This document shows, one piece after another, positions 10,787-22,617 of a DNA stretch of 49,670 bases. Origin of the DNA: Vezdaea acicularis (lineage: Eukaryota); the NCBI GenBank assembly GCA_026025075.1, contig JAPEUI010000116.1, positions 1 through 49,670 of the forward strand. The letters are read 5' to 3'. The position numbers and the translations under genes were made by a program. The notes under the pieces were generated by a model. The model worked only from the letters and a program-made list of their open reading frames with translations, searched no databases and was not told the DNA's origin. Each line of letters begins with the position of its first letter. Within the stretch, counting starts at the first letter, position 1.

Positions 10787-11638
10787 TCTGGCAAGCTGGG
10801 AACTAGCCTTGACCCGCGTCTGGAGTTGGGGTAAAAGTGTGGTTCAGCTAGGCGTGGGATGTTTGCTTCGGTTTGCTTTAAAGATCCGAGGAGATCATCA
10901 TAAGCGCTGGGGCTTGAATCACCAGTATTCGAAAGTATATAGTCGTAATTGACTAACACAACATATCTACTATCCTTTGGGATCTACTGCTCGTGCCCTG
11001 CAAGCGTCTGCGACCACCCGACGTTCAAGACTGTCTGTTACCCGCACATATGCGTAGATCTCACAATACCTTTCGCAATGACTTTGTCTACTGAACGAAG
11101 CCGCAGAGCTCGGAGCTAGAGAGTTGTAAAGTCAGAAAGGAATCGTGACGCGAAGAAGTCCTATCATGTGTATCAATTGCTCCATACATAATTCAGGCTT
11201 TTCTACGTTAGATCAGGGCGCAAACAGATAAAAGTATATAGCACACCAAGGAGTCTAGCAAAGAGGGACTTCGACATGGATAGCTTAAGCGAAGTACCTC
11301 CATATCAAGGCTTAATGAGGGGATACCTTTGGATTGTCGCCTGCCTCGGCTAGTGGGGGCCATCACATAGGGTTTTGCAAGAGGGCTGGAACGACTAAGC
11401 CTGGTGACCAGCTAAACGCGATAGGCTTGTATTTAGGAAATGGGAAGATGAGCAAGTCAATTGAGATACTTCATACGCAATGAAACGTGGGACATTTAAT
11501 GCTCGTGTGTTCTGCTCATGAGGCCCCCCACCGTCACACCGCAACCCTTACAATCCCTATGCTCTACCTGTTCCAATCCTGCCAGTAACTCCAGACCCTC
11601 CCATATCATTGCTTCTTCAGCAAGCGAACTCGTGAGAT

Positions 11639-12032
11639 CTACTCGACAGGCATCTTCTCACCGTCCGCCTCTCCACTGGTGACTGCCTTCCCGGTCTTCT
11701 TGATCTTCTCCAGTACGGTCGCATAGGTGAGGGAATCTTCGGCGTCGATAGTTGCGGTCTGGTCTTCAAGAGAGACGGTGTAGGACTTAACACCTAGACA
11801 AAGAGTAGGATGTCAGCTTGTTACTTGATCACCATGGAGCAGTCGAAATAGAGAGATGCGGGGTTGCGGGGTTGCAGAGCAAGAGGAGTCAGGCAAAAGT
11901 GGAAGGTCCAGTAAGGCTCCTTCACTGCCAGTGGAGAATCATACCATCAAGCTTCTTGAGGACACGTTCAACGGCCCCGGAGCAGCCACCGCAGGACATG
12001 GTAACATTGAACTTGTACTGGTGCTCTGCCAT
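11639..12032 (-). CDS. ATX1: copper metallochaperone Atx1 (HMA domain)
   Basis: MAEHQYKFNVTMSCGGCSGAVERVLKKLD-G-VKSYTVSLEDQ...LEKIKKTGK; MxCxxC and KKTGK motifs; intron 11944-11794. Confidence 0.95.
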
Positions 12033-12655
12033 TTCAAGCTGTGTAGTGTATTTGAAGAGGCGAGAATGAGGACGACGTGTACTCTATGAGACAGAAGTTG
12101 TAGGGGTCTTATTGAAATAAAGTAACATATCTACATTCCACCGTGGTGGTGGAATGGGCCGAGTTTATATTGTGGTAGGGGTGCGCGACTTGTGCGGCTT
12201 CTCCGTAAGCAATGGAATGTTCTTCCTAGCGGCAAATGTTCGCTTACCTGTTCCTGCTGGAAATGCAGTTGGGCAAATACATCTAGGCGCCTTTTGTATG
12301 ATCGACAAAGATATTCTCAAGCAGTTACTGGTAGGACACAAAGCAACAAGAACAAAGCAATAAGGACAAAGCTTTTCAACGTATAACTAAGGTTGGGCCC
12401 GATCTCACATGTAGAAGCCTATAATACAATATATGGATCATTCAAGGTTATCACAAGAGATGAAGATAAGACACAGAAGATCAATTGATTTATCAAATAC
12501 ATCTACGCTATCATGGGCACATGAAATGAAAGTATACAGTACAAACATCGAATCTTTACACAGAAGGGCGGTGAGTCGTAAACTCGTAAGGTGGGGTATG
12601 CGATCCGGCAGGACGAACGCCAAGCAAAGCTATCCCTTTCCATAAACGAAACTCT

Positions 12656-14944
12656 TTACCTTGCGCCTTCGTAATCGCTAGCCCAGTCATTGCCGCCATA
12701 TGCACTGATATTGCCCATTCCGAAACCTGTCCCTGGTCCACTCACATATCCTTGCTCTTCATCGTCGTAAAACTCTCCTCCGGAACTAGCATCATAACTA
12801 CTTCTTCCACTAATATCACCCTCATCTGGTCCGGCTTGACCTAGGGTGTCCCACTGAATGCCTGCTAGTGCGGGATACTGAGCAAGGAGCGCAGCAGGCA
12901 GTGAATAATTCCCGCTTGCGTCCATAATATCCATTGGTTGTACCGGTGGCGGCGCTTGCATACCTTGATTGTGTGCAAGCATCTGTTGCTCGTTCCATGC
13001 TCGCTGGCGCTCCAAAGCTTCTTCATCCAATAGCGGCTTGATACAAATACGGCCAGCCTCGGAACGAAAATGTCGACCTAAGGCGTCAGCACGAGCAAAG
13101 CGGCGTCCGCAGCCCCAATGACCCCCAGACTTAAGCTCGCCTTTGCAAACGAACTTCTTCTCTCCTGAATGCAGACCTTCATGCCGTTTCCGATCGTGCT
13201 GCCGGGCAAAGGCTTTGCCACATACAGTGCATACGAAAGGGCGTTCGTCAGTGTGGGTGCGAAGATGGGACCGAAGATTGTAGGCTCGAGTGAAGCGTTT
13301 TGGGCAGAGGTTGCATTGGAAAGTGGCAGGATGCTTCTGGACGCGTTTGGAGTCTGCTGCATTTGAGCCAGGACGTTGGGGGTCTGCAAGATCAAGAATA
13401 TAATCACGGTTGGGTATCGATGAGGTTGATGAGCGGCGGTTGCCTTTCTGCCCAGATGGCGAAGGGGACCGTGATCCACCACCAACATCGTGCGGAGACA
13501 GTGACCGAGTGGGATCTAAAGATCCTAGACGAGGCGATGCGCCGCCAGCCGAGAGGTTACGTGAAAATGAAGTGGCATAGGGATCGGACTTGGCTCGTGT
13601 ACGACCTCTCCGAGCTACCAATAGTCAGTATTCAGAATGTTTTCAGGTTGGAGTCATCGTACCTGGGGGAGGAAACAATGCATTTGCATTTGAGTTTGCA
13701 TCGTCCTCGCCAGCTAGCTTGGGTTCAAAACTTGATGTTCTTGAGGGACCGGCAAACTCAATGTTGATCTCTGGAGGAGCCATCTTGTTATCTCCATGTA
13801 TCCCTTCCTGCCCCATAGCTGGGAAGGCTTCTTGTTGCTGATTATTATACATCGTGTTGTACATACTATGCGCTTGCAAAGGGTCATATCGCACAGACTC
13901 CGAAGTATTGGATATCATGAAAGGGTTCTCATCAATACCACCAGGCCCTTGCTGAGGAGAGATACGAGGCGAAATAGCTGGACTATGACCAGGACTAATG
14001 CCTTGACGAAAAGATTGATCCGATAAATTGAAATGCTCGATCCCTAGAGCTTCCGGATTCACACTTGGGTCTTGACTACTAAGAAGAGGAGAATGTCGGT
14101 CGACAGGTTCGAAATTATCAGATGAAAGGAAGGGAGATGGAGATGTGGAAGAAACGTCTGAGTGTTCGGAGTGTGCTCGACGATGTCCTTGAAAAGAAGC
14201 TCCTTGGAGCATATCAGTCCAGTTCGTAGGTGACTGGCCTTGCGGGAAGGCAGCACTAGCTGGATCGAGAGATGTGTGTCGTGAGTGGTTTGGGGAAAGA
14301 GACTGATGATTCATCGACGGGGATGAATGCTGCCCAGGAGATGAGTGATCCGGTGGCAGTAAACTTGGGGGCGAAGTGGTATTGTTGTGGGGTGAAGGGG
14401 CACTGATGAGATCGGCCGGGTTAACGGAACCCTGCTGTGGCCGGCCTGAGGTTTGGAGTGATGGATCAAGCATATATTGGTTCTCGAAGCCGGAATTCTG
14501 GGTTTCAGGGTTCTGAAACAGAGTGAAATCTTCTCCAATGTTGCCGGTAGAACCACTTGAATCGAAAAGTTGCGCCTGATATTGATTTTCTGGTTGATTG
14601 AAGTTGGATGATTGGCCGTTTAGTTGGTATTCATTATCTTTATCCGATCCCCTGAAACCCTGATCCTGTGTGAGGTAGTCACGCTGCTGGTTGAGCTGAT
14701 GCGATTGCGTTGCTTGGATATACGGAGTTGTAATATTGTAGAGGGGCGCTCCAGAAGTCGACGACTGAGGCCTGCCTTGAAAGTTATCGTTTGCGTACGA
14801 TGAGGAGTTATTGACGAAAGGGTCTAAGCCAAGCCCTGACAATGGAGGGTCCGAATGGAACCTATGTGGCGATGGAGAGTGGTTTATATTATGAGATTGA
14901 TGGCCTCCAGAGGGAGACCTGCCCCGCTGCTGCTGGCCCTCCAT
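12656..14944 (-). CDS. crzA: calcineurin-responsive C2H2 zinc-finger transcription factor CrzA/Crz1
   Basis: Exons 14944-13663 and 13614-12656 (48-nt intron). PxIxIT-like docking site PEINIE, Ser/Pro-rich region, fingers [56 protein letters not shown] and [23 protein letters not shown]. Confidence 0.96.
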
Positions 14945-16067
14945 TTAGGATGTTCCTGATATCCAGCACTTAATAGGAGATACGACAGTATGCTATTCTT
15001 AGTGAGGCGGAGGCTAAGGGAAGGACTTCTATGCGCTTTCAGCGCAGGTCACTCTACGGAAGATTCTTCGGCAGCCTTAGAGTAACTCTGAGTATGCTAC
15101 GAACCTAACCTTTCTTCAGACAATGAGTGGCCTGATAGGGCGTGAGGCGTTCCCAAAGAAGCGAGTTGGACCTAGTGGGAGGGAGCGAGATCGAAGAAAG
15201 ACAACGAACCAACGTGAGAAATTTAAAGCAAAGGCGAACTTCCAACGGTCCTAGTACTAGTCCTGAATTTGAATGCTCCTAGAACTTGACCACAAGGTTT
15301 TGGGTAAAAGCTTGAGTAGCTATGAAACTCTGAAAAGTGGCTTAGAGCTTCTATAGATCCCTCAAACCCGGGTTTTGTTCCAGGTGTAGAATTCTTGAGG
15401 CAATTTCGGGTTCGCCTGTGTGGAGTTGGACAATAAGCGGATGGGGTGCTCGGGGCGACTTGCAATCTAGAAGTTGCCCGAGCGGATTCGACGATGACTA
15501 TAACAGCCCTGGGAAGCGTGTGAGAACGGCACGACAAGGATCTAAGCCCCAGAAGCTTTGGAGATCTAATAGAAGGAATGCAACTCGAGAATCTAGTCGC
15601 ATAGTCTCAGTGGAGAGGGAGTGCTTACTTTCCAACATGGAGGTTACGATATGCTCGAGAAATGCTGACTCGGCTTTGAGAAACGATCGTCGAAAGAAGC
15701 GATTAGCAACTGAGCAGACGTGCTGAACTGGAAACCGAAGGGGCAGACGGGTCAAATAAGAGATCGGAATTTCGAGTAGTGAAGAGGTAATATGTAGTCG
15801 ATGCTCGCTTCCACCAATGCTTCTTTTGGAGTCAATTAGCTTTATCGCGGTTACAGCCGAGGGCCATGATCCAGCTTCTCAAAGTGGTTCAAGGTACAGG
15901 CCGCCAGGTACACGCCCCACGTAACTCAATCGGCTTTAGGGCACCAGAGTTCCCTCCTGCAAGCCTCAAACGTTAAAGCGGGCGACGATCATTGGCTTTC
16001 CAGGCGACGTATGGGCATGGCGAGTGAACGTCAGACTCTGAAACAGTTCCTGAGGCGGCGTGCAGGC

Positions 16068-16086
16068 GGCTGTGCTGAGCACAGCC
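16068..16086. promoter_or_regulatory. perfect palindrome GGCTGTGCT-G-AGCACAGCC holding two inverted CACAGCC (Crz1-type) sites upstream of crzA
   Basis: The 9-bp arms are exact reverse complements; CACAGCC matches the CAC[A/T]GCC-type fungal Crz1 element; 1.1 kb upstream of the crzA ATG. Confidence 0.45.
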
Positions 16087-16514
16087 CAGCATCGCGTAAG
16101 GCAGACAGCTCCAATTTTATACATATCACGACAGTCCATCGTAATGACGACAGCAACGCGCATTCAAGTCACAGCAAATTCCAAACAGCGCTTGATCAAT
16201 ATTGCTGCCACATGGTCGCTCGCTGCCACTGCGACATCTGATCGTGGGGCTCATTGCCTTTGCTGACTAGAGACAATTGTTCCCAAACACCTCCGGCAAT
16301 TCTCTCGACCCTAGCGCTGAAAAGGCCAGTTTTCAAATCTGCCGCTCAATATTCCTTTTCTATGATAGAATCATTCGCATGTCCTAGGAAACGGCAATGT
16401 CTATACAAGAATGCAAGAGCCGTTCTGTGTCTTCAGATATGCTTCTCTTGTGCAACGTTTTCCTACGGAGAATTACGATTCTATGATTGTTTTATGTACA
16501 GCGTAGTTCTACTC

Positions 16515-17581
16515 CTAGCCTGGCGGCAGAGCACTAACATCAACAATGTCACTCGCTTCCTTCTCTACTTCCTTCTCGCTAGGCCCATACAGCGGCGATC
16601 GAGGTAGGGCCATAAGACCTGTAGGAGAGTTTTAGTCAAAGCCAACAAATACGGTAGGGCAGGCGATCTACCTGTTCTTGCTGATTCTAGAATACCAAAT
16701 GGAGCTAGGAGTTTCATGAACGATGTGATTCTAGATGGTTTGGCGGAACTTTAAAATCATTTAGTAAGCATGATCCTGTCTATGCTCTTAGGCATGACTT
16801 ACACTTCCACAATGCAGTTGTTCGTACTGATGTCAAGTACCTTCCCCCCAAATTGGTGCGTCAGATGCGTGATCGCCTCAAGGTGATGATGCTTATGTCG
16901 GAGAGCCTCAGACTTTGCAAGGTTGATTGGGTGATATTCTTGTGAGTCTTGCGCATGGCTGGATTGTTCACTATCCCCCTGAGCTCGTGCCCGTGCGTCT
17001 TCATCGTCTGCTGTCATTTCTCGGTGATGCGCGAGGAGCTCTTCGAAGACTTCCGGTCCCAAAATGGAGACTTTCGCGAGGAGCAGCTCTCGCTGTACAA
17101 GAGGGGCGGCCGTGTAATCCAGTACAGCCCAAACGGGCACAAGATCCTCTAATTGGCGTCGAGCCTGCTCGACAACGCCATCTTGACCCGAGAGAACAAT
17201 TGTCATGCGTGATAAGTCCTCGACTTCCGTGTTGCACACCACCAAGCTGTCAATGTTGAACCCTCTTGCTGCTAGGATGCCTGACACACGAGACAGAACT
17301 CCGGGCTCATTTTGTACTAGGCAATTTAGGATATGCCTTTTTGGCGGAGCAACAGAGGGAAGGGGCGTTTCGTATAGTATTGATGAGACAGCTGCTGGTG
17401 CGGACCATGCGGGCGGTGAATCACTTGTAGGGAGGGGAGATATTCGTCGATGTAGAGCTTTGTATGCGAGTGCTGAGGTCGAGGAAGTCTGATTTGCTCG
17501 AATCTGGATTATAGGTGAGCAAAAGGGCATCGCCTTTCGGCAACGTATCCTTGAATTCAAAAAAGCCCTTCTTGATGCCAT
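16515..17581 (-). CDS. ILV6: acetolactate synthase regulatory (small) subunit, mitochondrial
   Basis: ACT domain HILNCLVQNEPGVLSRVSGILAARGFNIDSLVVCNTEVEDLSRMTIVL; introns 16802-16749 (AAG acceptor) and 16671-16619; C-terminus ILESARTGLMALPRSP...LPPG*. Confidence 0.96.
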
Positions 17582-17938
17582 TGGAGATAGTCAGGGGTTT
17601 CGTACGGCCGCAGAATCATTGCTTAGGGTATGAATCATAAATGTCTAGTGTGGAATTTTGTGAACATTTAAGGATTCTGCTGCAAGTAAAACCCCAGCGA
17701 AGTCGGTGAGCGATAAGCAGTTGTGATTGGCTTTGAGGTCTCATCATGTGATTTTAGCGAGCGAAGCTTTAACATTGAAAAGGCGTCCCTCTCCCAAAAA
17801 TCGTGCTTTCCAAGCGCTGGTAACGTAGAATAATAGCTATAGTAGCTTCTATTCGAATTCCGTGTGCTTAAGATTTCAACAACTGTCAAGCTAGATTATC
17901 TTTTGGATCTCCAAAGAGTGCTACGGTCCATTTCAGAT
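17582..17938. promoter_or_regulatory. 357-bp divergent promoter region between ILV6 and the KH gene
   Basis: Head-to-head ATGs at 17581(-) and 17939(+); contains ATTGG (CCAAT box, 17726-17730) and CATGTGA (17745-17751). Confidence 0.6.
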
Positions 17939-19879
17939 ATGGCTGATGATGAGCGGCGTACGAAACGCTCCAGATTCGATCAAACTGAAGCTCCCCGTGA
18001 AAGACGAGACAACCACGAGGAGAGCCGGCGTTCATCCCGCTTCGACCGACGGTCCCGATCTCCGTCAATTAGGGACTCGAGATCTGCACGTAGCCGCAGT
18101 CCACTGGGACGGGAGACACTCAGTCCTGGGTCCGGCTCTGAAGGGAAGAAGCCGGTCGCAGATCCGGCGGCCGCTGCTGGTAAGAACTCTTAGACTATAC
18201 TTTCTAAATGTCTCTTTCTAACCTTTTACTGTAGCTGCAGCTGCTGCGAGGATAAACGCCCAGCTTCAGGCAAAGAGAGGAATTCAACATGTCGATGTGC
18301 CTCCCATTCGATCAGTACGCCTACTCAATCAAAGACCTCTTGTCCTGTTGCACTTCTGCTAAAAATGAACACTCTAGCCTGCAGGTACAGCCCCTAAAGT
18401 AGCCTCTCCATCGAGCTCAGCAGCCGTGAACGGGGAGATGTATGTTGCAGATGGCGACTATATCAAAGACATAGAAGTCAATGACTTAAGAAATCGCTAT
18501 ACACTGACTAAAGGCTCAACTCAGAAGATGGTAATTATTCCTGCTATTCACGTAAACTGATAACTTCAGGCATCCTCCTTCTCCTAATACGAAGTCCTTC
18601 CTTGATGTATTCACAAGTCGTTTGGTGGAGGATCATAACGCTTACAAAGAGCACATAGCACTTAGTCGAAACCCTCATTGTCCTCTGCTGACCTTACGCG
18701 CGTGATATCTAGATCAAAGATGAGACAGGCGCTGGTACGCTGAACCTCATAACCAAAAGATATTTTTGTAGATCAGGTTGCTCATTAGTGTTCTCAAGAT
18801 GTCACAACTCGCGGAGAGTACTATCCAGACAAGTCAATGGCTACAGCAGCTGTAAGTATTTGCCTGTGTAGTACGCGTACTGAGTTGCTAAAGAAGACGC
18901 TACAGAAACCCCCACTATATCTTCACATCACAAGCACCTCCAAGGAAGGGCTAGAACAAGCCGTCCAAAAAATAGAAGATCTAATGAAACAGGAGCTTCC
19001 GAATCTCGTAGATGAGAGAAGGTTTCGTAGAAGAGACGTCGAGCAGGTGGAACGGGACGAGTACGGTCGAGTTTGTCTCAATGAGCTCATCTTTTCAAGT
19101 TCACCTGCTAATGTAGGCCCTTCTCCTAGCGTAAATGGCCGGAAGAACGGATTCCTATCACGCTTGAGCCTATCCCTGGCTTTAACCTTCGTGCTCAGGT
19201 TGTAGGTCATGGTGGTGCTTACGTGAAACATATACAACAAGAAACTCGATGTCGAGTCCAAATCAAGGGCAGGGGTTCTGGCTTCATGGAGCAGAGTACT
19301 GGCCAAGAGAGTGACGAGCCGATGTACTTGCACGTTGCTGGGCCTGATGCGAAGGACGTCGAGCGTGCAAAAGAATTGTGTGAAGATCTACTTAAGAATG
19401 TCACAGAGCAATACGAGCGTTTCAAAGAACAGCCACCACGTCAACAAGGATATAATTACAACCAGAATCGGGGAAATTACGGAGGTTACGGGCAAGCAGG
19501 CTCTCCGCACCCAGCGATGAGCCCGACAAGTCAAGCGGGGAGTCCAACGGATTATACTGCGCAATATGCTCAGTACTACGGTGGACAGGACCCTTATGCT
19601 GCTTATGGTGGTTACCAAGCATATATGCAATACTATCAGTATTATCAGCAGCAAGCAGCGCAGCAACAGCCAGCTCCTGGTGCGCCCCCTGGTACTACTG
19701 GCGCTCCACCCGGTGTGGCTCCACCTCCGCCAGATGAAGCGCCTCCTCCACCCCCTCCCTCTGGATCTCCGCCTGTTATGGGTGGTGGTTACAACGCTGT
19801 AAGTATGCCCTGGTAAATGATGCTTACTCAGTGCTTACAGAGCGTCCTTTTTTAGGTGCCCCCGCCTCCTGGCATGTAG
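17939..19879 (+). CDS. KH-domain RNA-binding protein, KHDC4/BLOM7-like, with RS-rich N-terminus and Pro/Tyr/Gln-rich C-terminus
   Basis: 8 exons: 17939-18179, 18235-18314, 18378-18530, 18713-18734, 18799-18851, 18906-19070, 19130-19798, 19856-19879. Motifs DIEVNDLRNRYTLTKGSTQKMIKDETGADVTTRG, PPLYLHI, FNLRAQVVGHGGAYVKHIQQETRCRVQIKGRGSGF. Confidence 0.9.
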
Positions 19880-20730
19880 TTTTCTATAATAATGATTATG
19901 AGAGTGACTCTCAGAAGCGAGTGGGTGTCAGATTGCTAAAGTTTGATTGCGTTTTCCGTTAGTTCCCCATTTTCCCTTCCCCTTTTTACGCCCCATTCCC
20001 TCTATCCTTCAACGTGATAGGGCATGAATGGCAGTTAATGACTTTCCTATAGCAACGCTGTGTGTGAGAGCTTAATTATGTTGATTGTGAACGGTAGGTT
20101 TTTTGGAACATAAGCTTAGTCATTATGGGCAAAGGTCGTGCAAATACATCTGTCTAAGCGAGCCACGGAGATCATTATGACGAACCCGATTTGGGACATG
20201 TAGGCTGTTGGGCTTTCGATTGGCGACACGGGATGGAGGAATTCTCAGCTATAGTTGAGATCATGTTGACACTATGTTGTCGCCCTGCTTTGTCACTATG
20301 CTATATTTGGGCGCAGCCAGGACTCTTCGACACCGTTGATGATGCAAGTGTCTCATTTATCTGCTGGTCCTTTTCTGCCAGCGTGTTGAATGGTCCAAAT
20401 GACTATAATTTTCATTTCACTTTGACGGCGAATTAACCATCTTCATAGCCACCGACATCAACGTGTTCAGCCCCTGATCATAACAAGGCTCGAAGAATGT
20501 CTAATTAAACCTGCTTTTCGAAGTCGTTTGATTGACATTGGGCAAGTAAGTGTGTTTCTAGCCTACAGGTTGACCTCTGTTCCGTTGAGAACGATATCTA
20601 GTATTAAGAATACTTAGTTCGAGTTCAAGTCACCATTACGATGTTGACCAAACTGCATGAAGAAATGGCGCTGAGAACGAGCTTGGCATCGTCACAAAAG
20701 GCTCTAGTCAACAGGCCCTTATCAATGCAT

Positions 20731-22419
20731 TTAGTCGTACTCGTCGTAAGCGCAGTCGAATGCCCTAGTTTCCTTCTGCGTAGAGCACCACTCCTCACTT
20801 GCCAGTCCTTCTTTCCACCTAGACTTCAAGCCTTTCGCATCCTTGTGCCAATCGCACGCAAAATCACACTCCGGCCTTGTCGTATCGCCGAAATATCTAC
20901 TTATATAATGATGCCTGCAGATATCTGTTGACTCGCAATATTCTACAACTGCCTGATAACTTTTCACGCGACCCATGGTCTCAGCTGCGTTCGTCTGGGT
21001 CCCTTTGCCAATCATATAGTATCCGCGATCGCGATCTTCGCGGCTATAATACATGATGCACAGACTAGCCTTCCCGTCCCTACCCGCTCGTCCGGCCTCC
21101 TGGTAGTAACCTTCAAAGCTCTTGGGGATCTGCCAATGACATACAAATCGAACATCCTCCTTGTCAATTCCCATTCCAAACGCGGTCGTTGCAACGACGA
21201 CGTCATAGCCTACGGCGTTAGCAATCCAACCTTTCAAATGGTCGTCTTTCTGCTGATTCGTCAGGCCGGCATGGAATGGCTTTGCCCCTATGCCCGCAGC
21301 GCAGAGACGCTCAGCAATTCTCTCACAATCGTATCGGAAGAGCGCGTAGATGATGCCGCTCACAGCGTCAATTCTTTCTCCTTTCTCGCGCAGCTCTTGG
21401 ACTCTACTGGGGTCATCAGCTCGCCTCTGATGTACCCCTTTAAGCCAGACTACGAAATCGTCAAAATGATCTTTCTCGTCAGATTTGAATCGGACTTCGT
21501 AATGCATGTTTGGCCTAGACGTGCTCATGCCGAAACACTTCAAACCTGTCTCCACGGTCAAGCCAAGGGTTTGCAAGATATCTTGCCGCACTCTCTCCGT
21601 TGCTGTGGCGGTGCAGCAGAAGATAGGAACGTCGCTAAACTCCCCGCGGAACCATTTCAGCTCCATGAAAGAGAGTCGGAAGTCATGGCCCCATTGACTG
21701 ATGCAGTGGGCTTCGTCGATGACAATTCTTCCTAGTTCTCGCTGCAGATGGACAGTGCGGAGGCGGCCGCGGAAGTAGTCTAAAGCACAGGTCTCGGGCG
21801 TGACATAGAGTAGTGATAGAGTAGGGTGTCCAAGGTGTAGGTCTGCGAGGATAGCCTTTTTGGTGGCAGCGGAGGTGGTAGAGTTCAGCGACTCAGCATG
21901 AATCCCGGACTTCTTGAGAGCAGCTACTTGATTATGCTGGACCGAGGAATACGGTCAGGCACGGAATCACAGACGGATAGCTTGATTTTCTCACCATAAG
22001 CGCAAGGAGGGGTGAGACAACAATTGTGACTACGTGAAAAATTAGCCTTTGAGTCTCTCTAAAAATAACAATAGAAATCACGAACTGCCATTTCCTACAA
22101 CTGCAGGCAACTGGAAGCAGAGGCTTTTACCAAAGGACGTTGCGGCTTGAAGGAAAATGTCATGTCCTTCTAGTGCTGCTAGAATAACTTCGCGCTGAGT
22201 GGGACTATATAATGTCAGAGAGAGTACCCAATAACTCGCTCATGGTCGCTGAATTTATGCAGAGCTTTGCCTTTGGGATACTTTTGGCGATCCCTTGAGC
22301 AGCTGTAATGCTACAGAACCATTAGACAATTCTCCTTACCGAAAACTGGACTTGCGGAACACGCGTCGCAAAGTGAAATCAATGTCTACTTTGGACCCGT
22401 TCGTTTTGGCTTCTGCCAT
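20731..22419 (-). CDS. small RecQ-family DNA helicase (helicase core plus Zn-binding region only; RecQ2/RECQ5-like rather than Sgs1)
   Basis: Introns 22339-22205, 22085-22030, 21994-21937. Motifs QAATSFGKSLCFQLPA, VSPLLALM, DEAHCISQWGHDFR, TATA, VVATTAFGMGIDKEDVRFV, YYQEAGRAGRDG, CRH...CDFACDWH. Confidence 0.93.
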
Positions 22420-22617
22420 TGTGTAGCTGGTTGAGATGGTTGGAGAGACGCGTTGGATAGTCGGTCTCCCGCCTAGTGTATACGGAAAGGGGGCATTTGC
22501 TTGCGAAACCAGCTGTTTACTCAGACTAGCCATCACGTTGGGAGCAGTCAAGAACGCCGCGAAACTCGCTAGCGATCATTAGAACTCGATCATGGAAATA
22601 TTTGGGCAAATCCTAAA

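Noticed and set aside
11794..11944. Longer ATX1 intron as a snoRNA host
   Set aside because: No convincing C/D or H/ACA boxes or stems.
12554..12659. Possible intron removing the crzA stop (AG|GTAAAG...ACTCAC...AAG)
   Set aside because: Donor, branch and acceptor are all weak, and the unspliced end WASDYEGAR* is a normal CrzA-like terminus.
17630..17638. ATGAATCAT as a Gcn4/CpcA site for ILV6
   Set aside because: Central base mismatches TGA(C/G)TCA and it lies only about 50 nt from the ATG, probably within the 5'UTR.
20337..20477. TGATGA...CTGA pair resembling a box C/D snoRNA
   Set aside because: No recognisable rRNA-complementary guide and only a weak terminal stem; such pairs are frequent by chance.
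22205..22339. Nested intron or cassette exon in RecQ intron 1
   Set aside because: The internal intron would be only 29-37 nt and the second donor is weak; plain excision already yields the conserved FRPTQREVI.
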